Shown here: positions 26,458 through 39,200 of the stretch, in pieces
How positions within the stretch are numbered: position 1 is the first letter of the stretch
How the letters are laid out: each line of letters begins with the position of its first letter
Assembly (NCBI GenBank): GCA_051362555.1
Contig: CM120647.1
Coordinates: 3,162,001 to 3,226,000 of the forward strand
Length of the DNA stretch: 64,000 nucleotides
Direction of reading: 5' to 3'
Origin: Lingula anatina
Taxonomy: Eukaryota > Animalia > Brachiopoda
Notes under the pieces: model-generated
What the model saw: the letters and a program-made list of their open reading frames with translations, nothing else
What the model was told of the DNA's origin: nothing
The model's database searches: none
Program-made: the position numbers and the translations under genes

Positions 26458-27660
26458 TAATACAACAGCAATTGTCCATGTCACAATGTTCAATGTCTTT
26501 CCATAATACAACAGCAATTGTTGATGTTACAATGTTCTATGTCTTCCCAAAATAAAAGAGCAATTGTTGATGTCACTATTTACAATGTCTTCACATAATA
26601 TAACAACAATTGTTGACATCACAATGTTCAATGCCTTCCCATAATACAACAGCAATTGTTGACGTCACAATGTTCAATGTCTTCCCTTAATATGACCAAT
26701 CGGCAATCCTCGGCCAATTCCGCAAGCTCCATACTAACCTCGGATGTGATAGGCGGAGAAATATGCACCAAATCCATGCATTTTGTTCGCCGGAAATGCC
26801 TTCTTACTCAATTCGGTTTTTCCGCTCATAAAGATATGGCTGTTAATACCACTGCTTTTTATGATGATTTACAGTTTGCCAAACAATGCACTAAGATTGA
26901 CTTTGATTTAAAGGATAAATAGATACAGGCGTTGAAATAATTAGGTTCAAATTAGCGCGAGGTTGAAAGTAGTTCCTTCCCAACAATCAACAATCAAATA
27001 TGGCTGCCTCCGTATTACGTCCGAGGTTATTGTCGAGTGCGGAGACATCCAAGTAGTTCCGAGTGTAATATGACAGCAATTGCTGATGTCACAATGTGTT
27101 CCCATAATACAACAGCAATTGTTGATGTCCCAATGTTCAATGTCTTCCCACAATACAACAGCAATTGTTGATGTCCCAATGTTCAATGTCTTCCCATAAT
27201 ACAACAGCAAATGTTGATGTCACAATGTTCAATGTCTTCCCATAATACAACAGCAATTGTTGATGTCACAATGTTCAATGTCTTCCCATAATACAACAGC
27301 AATTTTGTCACAATGTTAAATGTTTTCCCATAATACAACAGCAATTGTTGATGTCACAGTGTTCAATGTTTTCCCATAATACAAGGGCAATTGTTGATGT
27401 CACAATGTCCAATGTCTTCCCATAATACAAGAGCAATTGTTGACTTCACAATGTTCAATGTCTTTCCATAATACAACAGCAATTGTTGATGTCACAATGT
27501 TCAATGTCTTCCCATAATACAACAGCAATTGTTGACTTCACAATGTTCAATGTCTTCCCATAATATAACAGCAATTGTTGATGTCACAATGTTCAATGTC
27601 TTTCCGGCAATTGTTGTTGTTTAAATGCTCAATAAATTTTCATAATACAACAAGAGATAC
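26458..27660. repeat. 46-bp satellite array, interrupted by a mini-AcademH element
   Basis: Unit CATAATACAACAGCAATTGTTGATGTCACAATGTTCAATGTCTTCC (e.g. 27241, 27287). Confidence 0.95.
26697..27065 (+). mobile_element. 369-bp non-autonomous AcademH derivative, perfect 9-bp TSD TAATATGAC
   Basis: Termini CAATCGG...CCGAGTG (CA..TG); imperfect TIR sharing TCCGCA and TAACCTCGGAYGT; TSD at 26688-26696 and 27066-27074; retains the helicase N-terminus MAVNTTAFYDDLQFAKQCTKIDFDLKDK*IQALK. Confidence 0.85.
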
Positions 27661-28217
27661 CAAATTGAATACAATATGCAGCAAAGTTCTATCTGGCATT
27701 ATAAGGTGGTAAAGTGACCAAAATGATTTTCTTACCTGCCTTCCCTCATGACCTTGAACTATTCTACAGGTTATACAGTGGTTTGGGATGGTTTGGGCAG
27801 CCACATTTTGTAAAGCACATCAGATAACAGTAGTATGGGGTGACTGCATGAAGCTGCAATCTTCCTGGATAGCACATCTTACAGTGTATCATATAAGTTA
27901 TCAGTTCTCTAAGTCCATCTTCTCCTTTTTTGACAATATACCATATCTATTTCCTAACACTAAAATTCAAAGAAATAAAATAATTAAAACTTATTTGTCA
28001 TGAAAGAAAATAATTGAAACTAGAGAACAAAGCTGATAAATATACAAACACCAAAATTCTTTTCAACAATGCTAAAACAAGGCAGCAAAATTGTCAAATG
28101 TACAGACAACAAGAGATAACTATACTGAAATGAGTTTTCAACACTTTTTTACATAAAACAAAATAATTAATTAACAGTCATTTTTATATGATCATTAAGA
28201 AAATTGCTGAGATAGGA

Positions 28218-29111
28218 ATATTCTAGGACAATTCCCCCCCGGACAATTCCCCCCCGGACAATTCCCCCCCAGGACAATTCCCCCCCGGACGATTCCCCCC
28301 GAAGAAATATATATTTATATATAAATATAAAGTAGAAAGTGTAAAGTTTAAAACATTTCATCTGTTTTATTAACATTTTTAGTGTGATAATATAACTTCA
28401 CCATGAAACAAATTATTTTATAACAAATTCCCTTTTCATTGAGAACAAGTACAGGAAGATTTATTTAGTATCTAATCGAAGTATAACCACCTATCCTTCA
28501 GGTAAAAGTGGGGTAAACAGATGAACAGGTAAACAGATATTTTATAAATATTTTAGTGTGGTGGGTGGTGGGTGGTGGTCAAGCAATTAAAAGTGACAAA
28601 TAGTCACAGGGATACCTGGATAAGCGAGATTATCTGTTTACCCCACCTCTCCCTAGAGATGCACCTTGATTCAAGACTTACTGAATCAAGGGGGGGGGGA
28701 GCAATTAAAAGTAACAGTTAATTCATCAAAGGGCTACCTGGATGAGTGAGATCATCTGTTTACCCCTCCTTTACCTGGAGATATATATTCTTTGATCAGA
28801 TTTTTAATAAAATGTTCTGTACTTCTATCTCGAAAAATTTTATGTACTTGTACTCCATGAAAATAAATTGTTTAATAAAATTAATATTATCTATCCTTGA
28901 TTTGCATCATCACACTAAGAAATATTCAGAAAATGGATGAAAAGAACTTTGAACTTTGTATTCTTTATTTTATATTTGTATATAAATATATATATTCTTC
29001 GGGGGGGAATCGTCCGGGGGGAATTGTCCTGGGGGGGAATTGTCCGGGGGGGAATTGTCCGGGGGGAATAGTCCGGGGGGGAATTGTCCGAGGGGGAATT
29101 GTCCTGATACC
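28218..29111 (-). mobile_element. MULE-like foldback element with GGACAATTCCCCCC repeats
   Basis: Long imperfect TIRs 28218-28530 / 28760-29111; same terminal words as 16841-17607 in opposite orientation; TSD not evident. Confidence 0.7.
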
Positions 29112-29253
29112 ACTATGATTAGGAATAGTACAGAATGGTGCTCTGCAGACAATACTGAGACATTCTGAACTGGTTTCCACAATCTATGCTCTGCAATAAC
29201 TCACTATCTACCCATTAGAATGCTACAAATTCTACATACAGTGGTTCATCTTA

Positions 29254-31257
29254 CGGTAATGTGCCATGAATTTCGAACAGCTCTTAAATTTGTAACAATT
29301 TTAAAATCGGTCGTCTGGAGTTTTTTATGGACCATGAATTTCGACCAGTAAGCAAGTTTGTGCGATCTTGATTTTCGTGAATTACGTACACATTAAAATC
29401 AGCCATCGGGCTATTTTTGCGTTCATAAAGATCTAACAGTCAACAATGTTGCCCTAGCGTACCTTTACCTGAGTACTACGTGTGTAGCCCCAGGTGCAAG
29501 ATAACGATCGGTACAGTAGCTTAGGATGCTTAACAACATCGTCATCACCATTCATTAAGATAACAGGAGAATCAATTATGAGTTGCACTGTCACAGTCTA
29601 TTCTTTACCCGAGTACTTGGTGTGAGATAGCAATCAGTAGTTTTGCTGAGGCGCACAATAGCATTGTCAACAGTAGGCACTTCTGTAACAGAACAAAAGA
29701 AGCAATTAAGAACTGCAAGATTACCACTATTGTTTTCGTGTCTCGCTGGGATCGTTCACGATCTCCCGCTTATGAAGTCCCTTGAACAAATATGAAAACT
29801 GCCTTCTCGTTTCGCTCAAATCGCTGTTGATCTCCTGGTGACGATCTTCCGCTAACAAAGTCCTTGGAACAAATATAAAAATTGCCTTCTCATCTCGCTA
29901 GGATCGCTAACCATTTCCCAATGACTATATGAAAATTGCCTTCTAGCATGGACAAAATGTCCAAACTTATAGGCTTGCTCAGAATGTTGATGATCTCTTG
30001 CAAACAAATACAGTAACGAAGTCCCTTGAACTAGTATGGAAATTGCCTTATCATCACACTCAGATCGCTCACAATCTCCCATTAACGATCTTCCAGTCCC
30101 TTGAATGAATATGAAAATGGCCTTTCTGTCTTGCTTGGATTAGTAACAAATATGAAAATTGCCTTTTGGGTTTCATCTAGATTACCTATCACTCACGTGT
30201 TTGTTTGAAGATGGTTTAAATGACAAAACGTACAGACTTTTCAAATGTGTACATTGGCTTATCTACAAGGTATGTGCCAGGAAATCAGTTGTGTTGTCGG
30301 ACAGCTGCTGGTCAAGATTGGGTTGCCTGAGCAAAAAAAAATAAAAGTGGTTGTAAAAGGCAACCACACAACCATGGATATCGAGCCCTGCACCTAGAGG
30401 TACCCCCCCCCCCCCCCCCCCCCCGACCAAGTATATTTGATTGTAGACAACAATCAGCAGTTATCTTGGTTGCAGTGCATGGTGGAGTGAGACTGTAATA
30501 CACAGTTTGACTGCTGTGGTAAAGGCTACCTCTGCACTGTACATATCGATCTGCGGTCATAGTGTATCCCTGCACAGCAGAGAGAGGCCGTAATGCTGAG
30601 GCCAGCTTCTGCAGTGAAGGCAGAACCTGACCTCGAAGCTGACTTCGAAGACACCGACCGGCGCACAGTGAGGTGAGGACGCTAATCGCCAATAAAGGCT
30701 ATCTGTACATGCGCCATAGACACCAATCGGTTGTTAATTGTTACAGCTTCAGCGCATGGAAAGGAGCAATGGTAATACTAAGCCCGGCTTCCACAGTGAA
30801 AGTTATCTGGATGGGGTAAACACCAATCTCCGGCTGTCTCTTCCTCCGTCCACTCCTGTTCTGAGCACAAGGATCATTCTCAAAACAATACTATAGTTTC
30901 TGGCTGCCAGTTTCGCTTTAGAAAAAGGACACTACTGATAATGATGCTGATTTGCGTCCCTAGCCAACAGTACCACCTTCGGCCATACAGAGTGATGGGG
31001 TGAAAGTATATATATCCCTTGGGTCGCAATTACCGACACTCACCCATCATTCATCATGGTAACTCTAAATAGATCATTGAGAGAAGGTAACATAAGGCCT
31101 AGTGACAAACAGACAACTTCTGGTCAAAATTGACAGAATTCCATGAAATTTTAACGTTTGGAGGTTCTGAGCACCTCTATTTCATGAATTACGACCAAAA
31201 CGATCTTTTCCCAAATTTAATTATTTTCTACTGTACAAAATTCATGGCACATCACCA
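29254..31257. mobile_element. Tc1/mariner-like non-autonomous element, TA TSD
   Basis: TA-CGGTAATGTGCCATGAATTT ... AAATTCATGGCACATCACCA-TA; internal ~72-bp tandem repeats at 29740-30170. Confidence 0.7.
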
Positions 31258-32239
31258 TATTCCAGTTTATCCACAAACTGAACAACTAGTCAACTAATCA
31301 ACATATTGGCCATGAAATGTATCCAGTAGTGGTAATGGTATTTATGTAGTTCCTTTAAAAGCAAACATAACACCCACTGTAACCATTTGCCATTTGTTGA
31401 TTTGAATAAACATCTTTTATTAATTTTTCTATCTTATTATGTGACATTTGTCATATCTGTAATACTACAAATCCTGAATTCAGCTTCTGAAGTTTACTTT
31501 TGACTTTAAAAAATCTAAACAAATACTGTTGCTTTTGACCTAACCTCCATTACCAAATTGTTCATTTTTTATTTGCACATTGGATATTTGTGTGCTGATT
31601 GATCTATATTACAACAGATGGATAGCACTTTGTTCATAAACAACTAGTATGATATAAAAGCAAGACTGTTCCCAGTGATTTTAAAATATTTAAATTGGAA
31701 TACCTCAGGCTTTGTATTTATAGAAAACATGTGACTTAATTATTACCAAAGTGTTAGCCCCGCATTTTCTGTAATTGAAGAGAAATGTTAAATAGGTAAC
31801 AATATTTTTAAATACATACAAAATCTTTATAATTGAATCAAAAATGGAACCTATGACGTATGGAATGATTGAAATATAACCTAATTTAGATGTTACCTAA
31901 CCTCCATAACGAAAAAATATTGTATTATGTTTACACGTGCATATTTCTTGAAATACAGTAACAGAGTAGGTTAAAATTCTTCTGCCACTCTCTGAATACC
32001 TCTTCATTAAAATAACTTGAAAAGTTTTCCAGTTTTGCAAAGTTCATATTTCTGCATTTCTCATTTTGGAATTGTACCCTTTCTTCTGGAATGACCAAGA
32101 AGCTATCAAATGTTAATTAGCATTGTTCACCACCTCTCCTTCTCTTTATATTATAACAGCAAACTTTTTATCCAATTACATCTAGCTCAGCATGCACTCC
32201 TTATTTAAATACTTTCATGATTTACTATTAATAGATGTG

Positions 32240-32680
32240 AGAGAAGTCTTTATTGTAACACAACAAAAAATAAAACTTGTTTTAAACTTATCAAGGAAAT
32301 AGTCACAACCACTTCAAAAACTTATGCTTAACCTCAAAGCCACAAAATACCCAAAAGCTCATGTTAGTCTGAATGAAGTGAAAACAATGATTAAAAAAAA
32401 ATGGGAAGGACCTAAGTGCAAGTGTAATCTCTGCAATGCCATGGAATGATGTCTCAATGTAAACTTAATTAATTACCCACTATATTCATGTATCATACTA
32501 TGTCAGCTGCTTGGCCTTATTTTCCTGTTGTAATTTCAATCAACAGAAGTAGTTAGAAACAATAGTAGTAAACGCTGTTTCATTATTTAATTTATTCTGT
32601 CCATGAATAGCTACTCAGCTACTTTCATTCTTTCCGACATGAAATAAACTGTATTGTATTGTATTGTATTGTATTGTATT
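32240..32680 (+). mobile_element. 3' end of a CR1-type LINE with (TATTG)n tail
   Basis: ...HVSLNEVKTMIKK/WEGPKCKCNLC C-terminus, then AATAAA and (TGTAT)n tail. Confidence 0.6.
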
Positions 32681-33172
32681 GGGACGGGGCATGTCTTCAA
32701 ACACCATTACAGTAATTAAAGCTAAACATTGTATTTAAAGCATAACTGGGGCAACAAACAAAATAAAACAAACACGTCAATTCTACATATCTTTTTTATA
32801 AGTTCCAAAATGAGTCACACTGTTTTCCTTTTATTGCATTTATGGTGGCAAGCTGTATTTTACTTGTACCATATTTTTCTGTAGGTTTGAGAATTATAAG
32901 TATCTGGTTTACTTTAAATGGCCACTACTGTGGCAGTGCCCAAAATAGGGTTTTGTTCAAGTCCGATGCAATACTATGTACATAATGTTTATAATCACCA
33001 CCAGTTTTAATGATGTACTGCAGATGACAGATATTTAGAAATGATACTAGCTAAAGTCTTCAGGCCCATTGAAGTTCATAGTCACACTATGAAAGTACAA
33101 TAATGAAAAAAAATTGAATTTTCCATACACATACACACAAACACACACACTCCTTTAATTACAACAACAATA

Positions 33173-33431
33173 CTAGAAAAGCACTCAGAGAGCGCAGACC
33201 TCTGCCAAGGCAGCAAAGTCTCCATCCAATGCAGTTTCACCCCTAAATTTTCAATATTTCTGATTATTGATTATTGATAGATTATTGATCCAGATCACCA
33301 TCAAAAACTAATCATGTGTTCCTTGGCCCACTTCTGACAGTTCCTGAAAATTTGATCAAAATCGGTCCAGAACTTTTTGAGTTATATTGATGACAGACAG
33401 ACAGACAGACAGACAAACAGCGGTGAAAACG
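33173..33431 (+). mobile_element. HINE-like family A copy, 3' truncated
   Basis: ACTAGAAAAGCACTCAGAGAGCGCAGACCTCTGCCAAGG ... (GACA)n. Confidence 0.75.
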
Positions 33432-33648
33432 GTGTGTGTGTGTGTTTTGGAAGGGGGAGGATGGACTTTGCATCTGCGGACCCCCCTTCAAACTAGAGGA
33501 TCAGAGAGGCGATACCGCCTCTGGATATTGTACCACCAGCTGGAGTAAGCGCATTCGTATGGACCCCCCCCCCAAAAAAAAAAAAAAAAAAAAAAAAAAT
33601 GGACACCACCACCAGTCTTGTGCTTGACAAGCTCTATAAAATGCAATA

Positions 33649-35395
33649 AACAAGAGTTCTCAAAATATGAAAAAAAAAATCAAAAAAACATAACAGTTAA
33701 AATGGTCCAATCAAGGAGATGACCTAATTAACCTGTATTTTCCTAACACTGATCACTCCTGTGATTTTCTAGACAAAAGGCCTATTGGTTTTCCTTGAAA
33801 TGCATTATCAGTAATGCATATACCGGAATGCTGACAAAAGAGAAAACCTAGGGACAACACTGGGCAGATCTCTGCTAGTTTTGAAGATATGAAGGGCAAG
33901 AAAATATGCAGAGTTCAGTTTGAGGTAAAAAGTAGGTCATAGGTCAATTTCAAGGTCACAGTATATGACTTCCTATAAAAGTTTAATAGTAGCTATGGGC
34001 ATTTCTTTGCCAATGTTGGAGATATGAAGGCCAGGAAACATGCAAAGTGCAGTTCATCATAAATAATAGGTCAAAGGTCAATTTCAAGGTCACAGTAAGA
34101 TTGCCAGTATATGACTTCCTATTCAAGTTCAATAGTAACTTTGGACCTATCTCTGCCAGTTTTCGAGATATAAGGGATAGAAAATTTACAAAGTTCAGTT
34201 CATGGAGAAAAGTAGGTCAAAGGTCAATTTCAAGGTCACAATAAGAATGCCAGTATATGACTTCCTATTCAAGTTTAACAGTAACTATGGGTGTATCTCT
34301 GCCAGTTTTGGAGATACTGTACAGTATAAGGGCTAGAAAATTTGCAAAGTTCAGTTCATGGTGAAAAGTAGGTCAAAGGTCAATTTAAAGGTCACAGTTA
34401 GATTACCAGTATATAACTTCCTATTAAAGTTCAATAGTAACTATGGGTGTATCTCTGCCAGTTTTGGAGATATAAGGGCTAGAAAATTTGCAAAGTTCAG
34501 TTCATGGTGAAAAGTAGGTCAAAGGTCAATTTAAAGGTCACAGTTAGATTACTTGTATATAACTTCCTATTCAAGTTCAATAGTAACTATGGGCGTATCT
34601 CTGCCAGTTTTGGAATGTTTAACATTTTCCCCACTGAATATTGCGATGTTGTAATTTTTGATATAGCGCAATGCCTAAACCATATCGAAAACAAAAAAAT
34701 GGACACCACCTCCAGTATTGCACTTGACAAGTTCTACAAAGTGCGATGAACAAAAGGTCTCTGGCATTTACCATTCCAGAATAAAGGCAAGTTTTCAGTT
34801 TCGGTATCTAATGGCTGCTTCTCCCATGGAAATGCACCGATTGACCCCAAACTCCCAAAGATGAAAGGAGTCCCCAATTGTAACCCCTCACTGTAACAGG
34901 AGAGCTTAGATCTGTGTAGTTTCCAAAAAATAGCACAAAGAAATATTTTTTTGCAGAAAATTCCCTTTTTTAGAAAATTTTGGCTTGTTTGACCTTGAAA
35001 AAAAGGTCAAAAGTCATATCAAAGGGCATATTTGGAATCTCCACATGTGACTTTCGGTCAGACTTCTGTAGTAATTTTTCCCATAATTCCTTTGGTTTGG
35101 GAGATATTTAGCCTTGAATTTTCAAAAATTTTGACAAGGGTGCGTTTCAACAAGTGTCACGCCCAGGCCAATGCACCGACAGAGACAAAAAAACCAGGGT
35201 GTTCAAGTTGAGATTATATGTGACCTAAATCCAAGAGATGGGGACACAGGTCCTGGCGGTCTAGGAGGAGAAGCGGTAACGGTGACTTGTTTCCGGCGCC
35301 CGACTGCAGAGCCGCAGGAGCCGGCGGAGCTGTACGAGACGGGTCGGGACTAAAACCATGAGTACCGCCAGCGTATACGCTGGTGGTACTAATAA
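33649..35395 (+). mobile_element. Helentron/HINE-like element with ~120-bp central tandem repeats and 3' stem-loop
   Basis: AACAAGAG start; 5-6 units of AGGTCAAAGGTCAATTTCAAGGTCACA...GACTTCCTATTCAAGTTCAATAGTAACTATGG (33870-34615); terminal hairpin AGTACCGCCAGCGTATACGCTGGTGGTACT (35361-35390) followed by AATAA. Confidence 0.65.
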
Positions 35396-35757
35396 TCTTG
35401 GATCCCCCCTGTATAATAATATATGCCAAAATGCAAACAAAAAAACAGCATAACAATAATATTGATCACTCCTGAAGGTTTGAAAAAAAAGGCCTATCGG
35501 TTTTCCTTGAATACAAGCTGATAAAAGGTTAACTAATGAAAAAAATTGGTGGGATCATGTTCATCAGTTCTGCCAGTTTGAAGACAACAGATCTAACAGT
35601 TTTCAACGTATTAACAATGAAGGTGCACAGCTAAAACAGAAATGTTGGGGACAACAACAACAGCAATAACAGATGAAGGTGATGCCTACATATACAGGCA
35701 CAATGTGTCTGTACATAAAACAGTAAAAATAATAAATTCAAAGAAACAATATGATTG

Positions 35758-35820
35758 AATAATATAATATAATATAATATAATATAATATAATATAATAT
35801 AATATAATATAATATAATAA
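35758..35820. repeat. (AATAT)n microsatellite
   Basis: Direct reading. Confidence 0.95.
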
Positions 35821-35859
35821 GCAAGTGAAAAAAGTATTCTCAATAACATAACACCACTA

Positions 35860-36650
35860 GCTGATGTCACAATATTCAATCTCTTACCAAAATACAGCAG
35901 CAGTTGTTGATGTTAAAATGCTCAATGTCTTCCCATAATACAACAGCAATTGTTGATGTCACAATGCTCAATGTCTTCCCATAATACAACAGTAATTGTT
36001 GATGTCACAATGCTCAATGTATTCACATAATGCAACCACAATTGTTGATGTCACAATGCTCAAATGTATTCCCATAATGCAACTGCAATTGTTGATGTCA
36101 CAATGTTCAATGTATTCGGAATTCCCATAATGAAACCACAATTGTTGATGTCACAAAGCTCAATGTATTCCCATAATGTAACCACAATTATTGATTTCAC
36201 AATGCTCAATGTATATCCAATAATGCAACTGTTGATGTCAGAATGTTCAATGTATTCCCATAATGCAACTGCAATTGTTGATGTCACAATGCTTAAGATG
36301 TATTCCCATAATGCAACTGCAATTGTTGTTGTCATAATGCTCAATGTATTCCCATAATGCAACTGCAACTGGTTGAATTGAACCGAGATTAAATTACTGT
36401 GGCCCTGCAGAGACGATGCGCGGGGAGGCTTGTAAGAGGTGGAGAGACCATTACAGGATTAAGCAGTCTTCCTTTCATGTAGGTCTGCCATATTTAGGTC
36501 ATATGGCCTGGCTAGCACTTGGCTTTTCTCATTCTGAATGGTCCCTATGTATAATAGAACAGCAAGTTAGCAACAGTTGAAATCACAATTTCCACGGTCT
36601 TTCCATTATAAAACAGCAATAGTTGTTATTTATAAATGCTCATTCTTTTT
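35860..36650. repeat. Second 46-bp satellite array, paralog of the 26.5-27.7 kb array
   Basis: Same unit; downstream flanks also shared (CAAAGTTCTATCTGG...GGTAAAGTGACCAAAATGATT at 27682 and 36672; AAAACAAGGCAGCAAAA at 28074 and 36915). Confidence 0.9.
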
Positions 36651-36943
36651 ACAAGAGAAACCAATGTGAGGCAAAGTTCTATCTGGTGTTATACAGTGGT
36701 AAAGTGACCAAAATGATTAAATTTCTTCGATCCTTCATAACTTTGACTCATTGTATATATGTTGCATTGTATGTTATGTAATGTATATGACAAACATTAA
36801 AATAGGGTGTATGAACAGCAGAGGTTTAATTAGCAAGAACCAAGTTCAAAGAAGGGACATTGGATTTTTGTTTGAAAAATTATGACCCTGGTTAACTGAA
36901 TGACAAGCATTGTGAAAACAAGGCAGCAAAACTGTTAATTATA

Positions 36944-38240
36944 ATAATAATAATAATAATAATAAATTTATTTTGAGTCTAAAATCCATTATAACATGTT
37001 CAGAAGACTTCACATATACATAAAACAATAACTTAAGAAATCAATTATTAGGAATAGATAAAAGAAAAATTACAGAACTTAACGACAAAAAAAAAATTAA
37101 ATAAATAAAAAAAATAAAAATAATAATAAGAGTATTCTAGATAAAACATATAGATTCTCACATAAAAGTATTTATAGTACATAACTAAAACATATTTGTT
37201 AAGAAAAAATAATCAATTCTAGATAAAAAAAAAAAAACAGCCTTATTTGCACACATAAAGGATTATAGGTAGAGCAACCTTATTTCTTATAGTGCAAAAA
37301 TGCAATTACTGTAAAATTTGTAAAATCAATTTAAAAGACGATTAATCAAAAAATTTCCTGAATAGGTATGTCTTCAATTCTTTTTTAAAATGTCTGGTAG
37401 ACTCAATTGATTGGATTTCCAGTGGTAATAAATTCCATTCCTTTGGACCTGCTGATTTAAAAGAAATGTCACCATAAGTTTTTAGGTGCATTTTTACCGG
37501 CTTAAGTAACAATTTGTCTACAAAACGCAGGTTTCTTGCTGGAACATAGTGAGTGACTAATTCACTTAGGTAGATCGGTGCAACTTTGTAATAAGCATCA
37601 TGAACAAAGACTAGAAATTTAAATAAAATCCTGGCTTGCAGAGGTACCTGTAGCCAATGTAACTTTTTTAAAACTGGGGTGATATGGTAACTCATGGATG
37701 TACGGGTTAACAATCTAGCTGAGATGTTCTAAATATGCTGTAGTCTTTTAATCTGGTTTTTTGGACAAGGATATAAAATAGAATTACAATAATCCAATCT
37801 AGATGTTACTAAACAATTTGCAACTGTAGCTGCAGCAGAGTCAGATAGGTGATTACGAATTGCGCCTATGTTCCTAATGTTATATGCTGCTGACTTGCAT
37901 ATGCTAGCAATTAGCTTATTCATAGAAAGTGTTCTATCTAAAAAACACCAAGATTCTTAGCATGGGGCATTGGCTTTATGATACTGGATCCAATTTTGAG
38001 TTCAATTTTTTCTGATATTTTCTGATTATTTGGCTGGGTTACAACTTAACGTTCAGATTTTCCATCATTGATTTTCAACTTAGTTCTCATCAACCACCCT
38101 TGTAGATCATCAATACACCTAGACAGATTTTCAATTGATTCATTAGGATTTTCTACATTACAGCACGTAAAAATTTGTGTATCATCAGCATAGATGTGAT
38201 TGCCAAATGCTAATCTGTGTACAGTCGTAAAGCAGATAAT
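36944..38240 (-). mobile_element. 5'-truncated L2-clade LINE with (ATT)n tail
   Basis: HIYADDTQ at ~38175-38198, LVTSRLDYCNSIL, HITPVLKKLHWL, WNLLPLEI, FKKELKTYLF; AATAAA then (ATT)n at 36944-36972. Confidence 0.9.
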
Positions 38241-38463
38241 AATTATTATAATAGTCTACAAAACAGGTTTGTTGTCAGTTTTAATGCAATATTACTTTGT
38301 TTACCAGTAAAATCACAATCACTTTTCCATAATGTGGATAACAACTTTTTGACAGAAATCTGGTGACAGAAACCCCATGCCTGATCCCAGAAAGATATGG
38401 ATATACATAAACATAGCATTGATACCAAATAGATCTATATATAATATTAATAATATTAAGTAA

Positions 38464-38725
38464 CAGTGGCAGGTTTAGAGGGGGGGGGGTCATGGGGGTC
38501 TTGCCCCCCCCCTACCCCCACCCCACTACGATTTCTGGTTCCCTCTTGAAATTAGAATTATGACTAGCTAAATCATTAATCATGAATCATAGTTCTAATC
38601 TGTATCAAATGGCAACGTTCGCTCTCTAAAATACAAATTTTTTTCGGGGCCCGATGCCCACGCCAAGGGAGGGGGAGGCTTTGCAACTGCGGTCTCCCTT
38701 CAACTAATCCTGATATATCCCACTG
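38464..38725 (-). mobile_element. hAT-like MITE, same family as 49959-50208
   Basis: CAGTGGCAGGTTTAG...ATCCCACTG; internal CAAATGGCAACGTTCGCTCTCTAAAATAC shared with 49387-49650. Confidence 0.65.
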
Positions 38726-39083
38726 TCAGTGACAGTAATATATACTGACCATTGCATTGAGTTCACTGCTGACCACATCTCTAATCAGTTTACCTGAGTG
38801 TCCCTAGGGCTGTCTTCCTGACGTGTTGACCACTGTCCACTACGAGTGACCCACTCATTGTTCTCAAGTATTGGGTTGCCGGGTAGAAAAAGTGTTGCCA
38901 GCACATACTGTAGCTCTACTTCTGCATTTACTCCCTCGAGCTGAGGGAAAGTTTACGTTAGTCCACCAAACTCTCTCCGCTGAGAACTGACGTGGTTGGA
39001 AAATGTATGTGTGTTTGTGTGTGTGTGTGTGTGTGTGTCGGGGGGGGGGGGGGGGGGGGGGGGTTAACCCCCTCCTAACCCAC

Positions 39084-39200
39084 CCCAGCTACTGTGTGCA
39101 CGTATCCGGTATCGTTGTCGGGTCTTATGCTGCCACTTGGCGCTGAATTCTCTGCGTTTCCCGGGAGCGGAAGAGTTAACGCGGTCAGCGCCATTTTAGG
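39084..39200 (-). promoter_or_regulatory. Promoter-like region: YY1-like AAAATGGCGC, ETS-like GCGGAAG, pyrimidine (TCT-like) CTCTTCC start
   Basis: GCGCCATTTT at ~39188-39197, GCGGAAGAG at 39167-39175, local CpG enrichment. Confidence 0.45.

Larger units (their letters stand above)
20735..39200 (-). ncRNA. Putative spliced transcript, probably lncRNA; candidate exons ~39175-39084, 38940-38794, 27959-27736, 21970-21834, 21547-~20735
   Basis: CpG-rich promoter-like zone at 39.1-39.2 kb; good acceptors (ctttccctcag, tttgaattttag, ttttcacttcag, aattttccag) and donors (CAG|gtaaac, CAG|gtaaga, GAG|gtaaaa); ATTAAA at 20744-20749. No continuous recognisable ORF. Exon connectivity is inferred. Confidence 0.4.
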
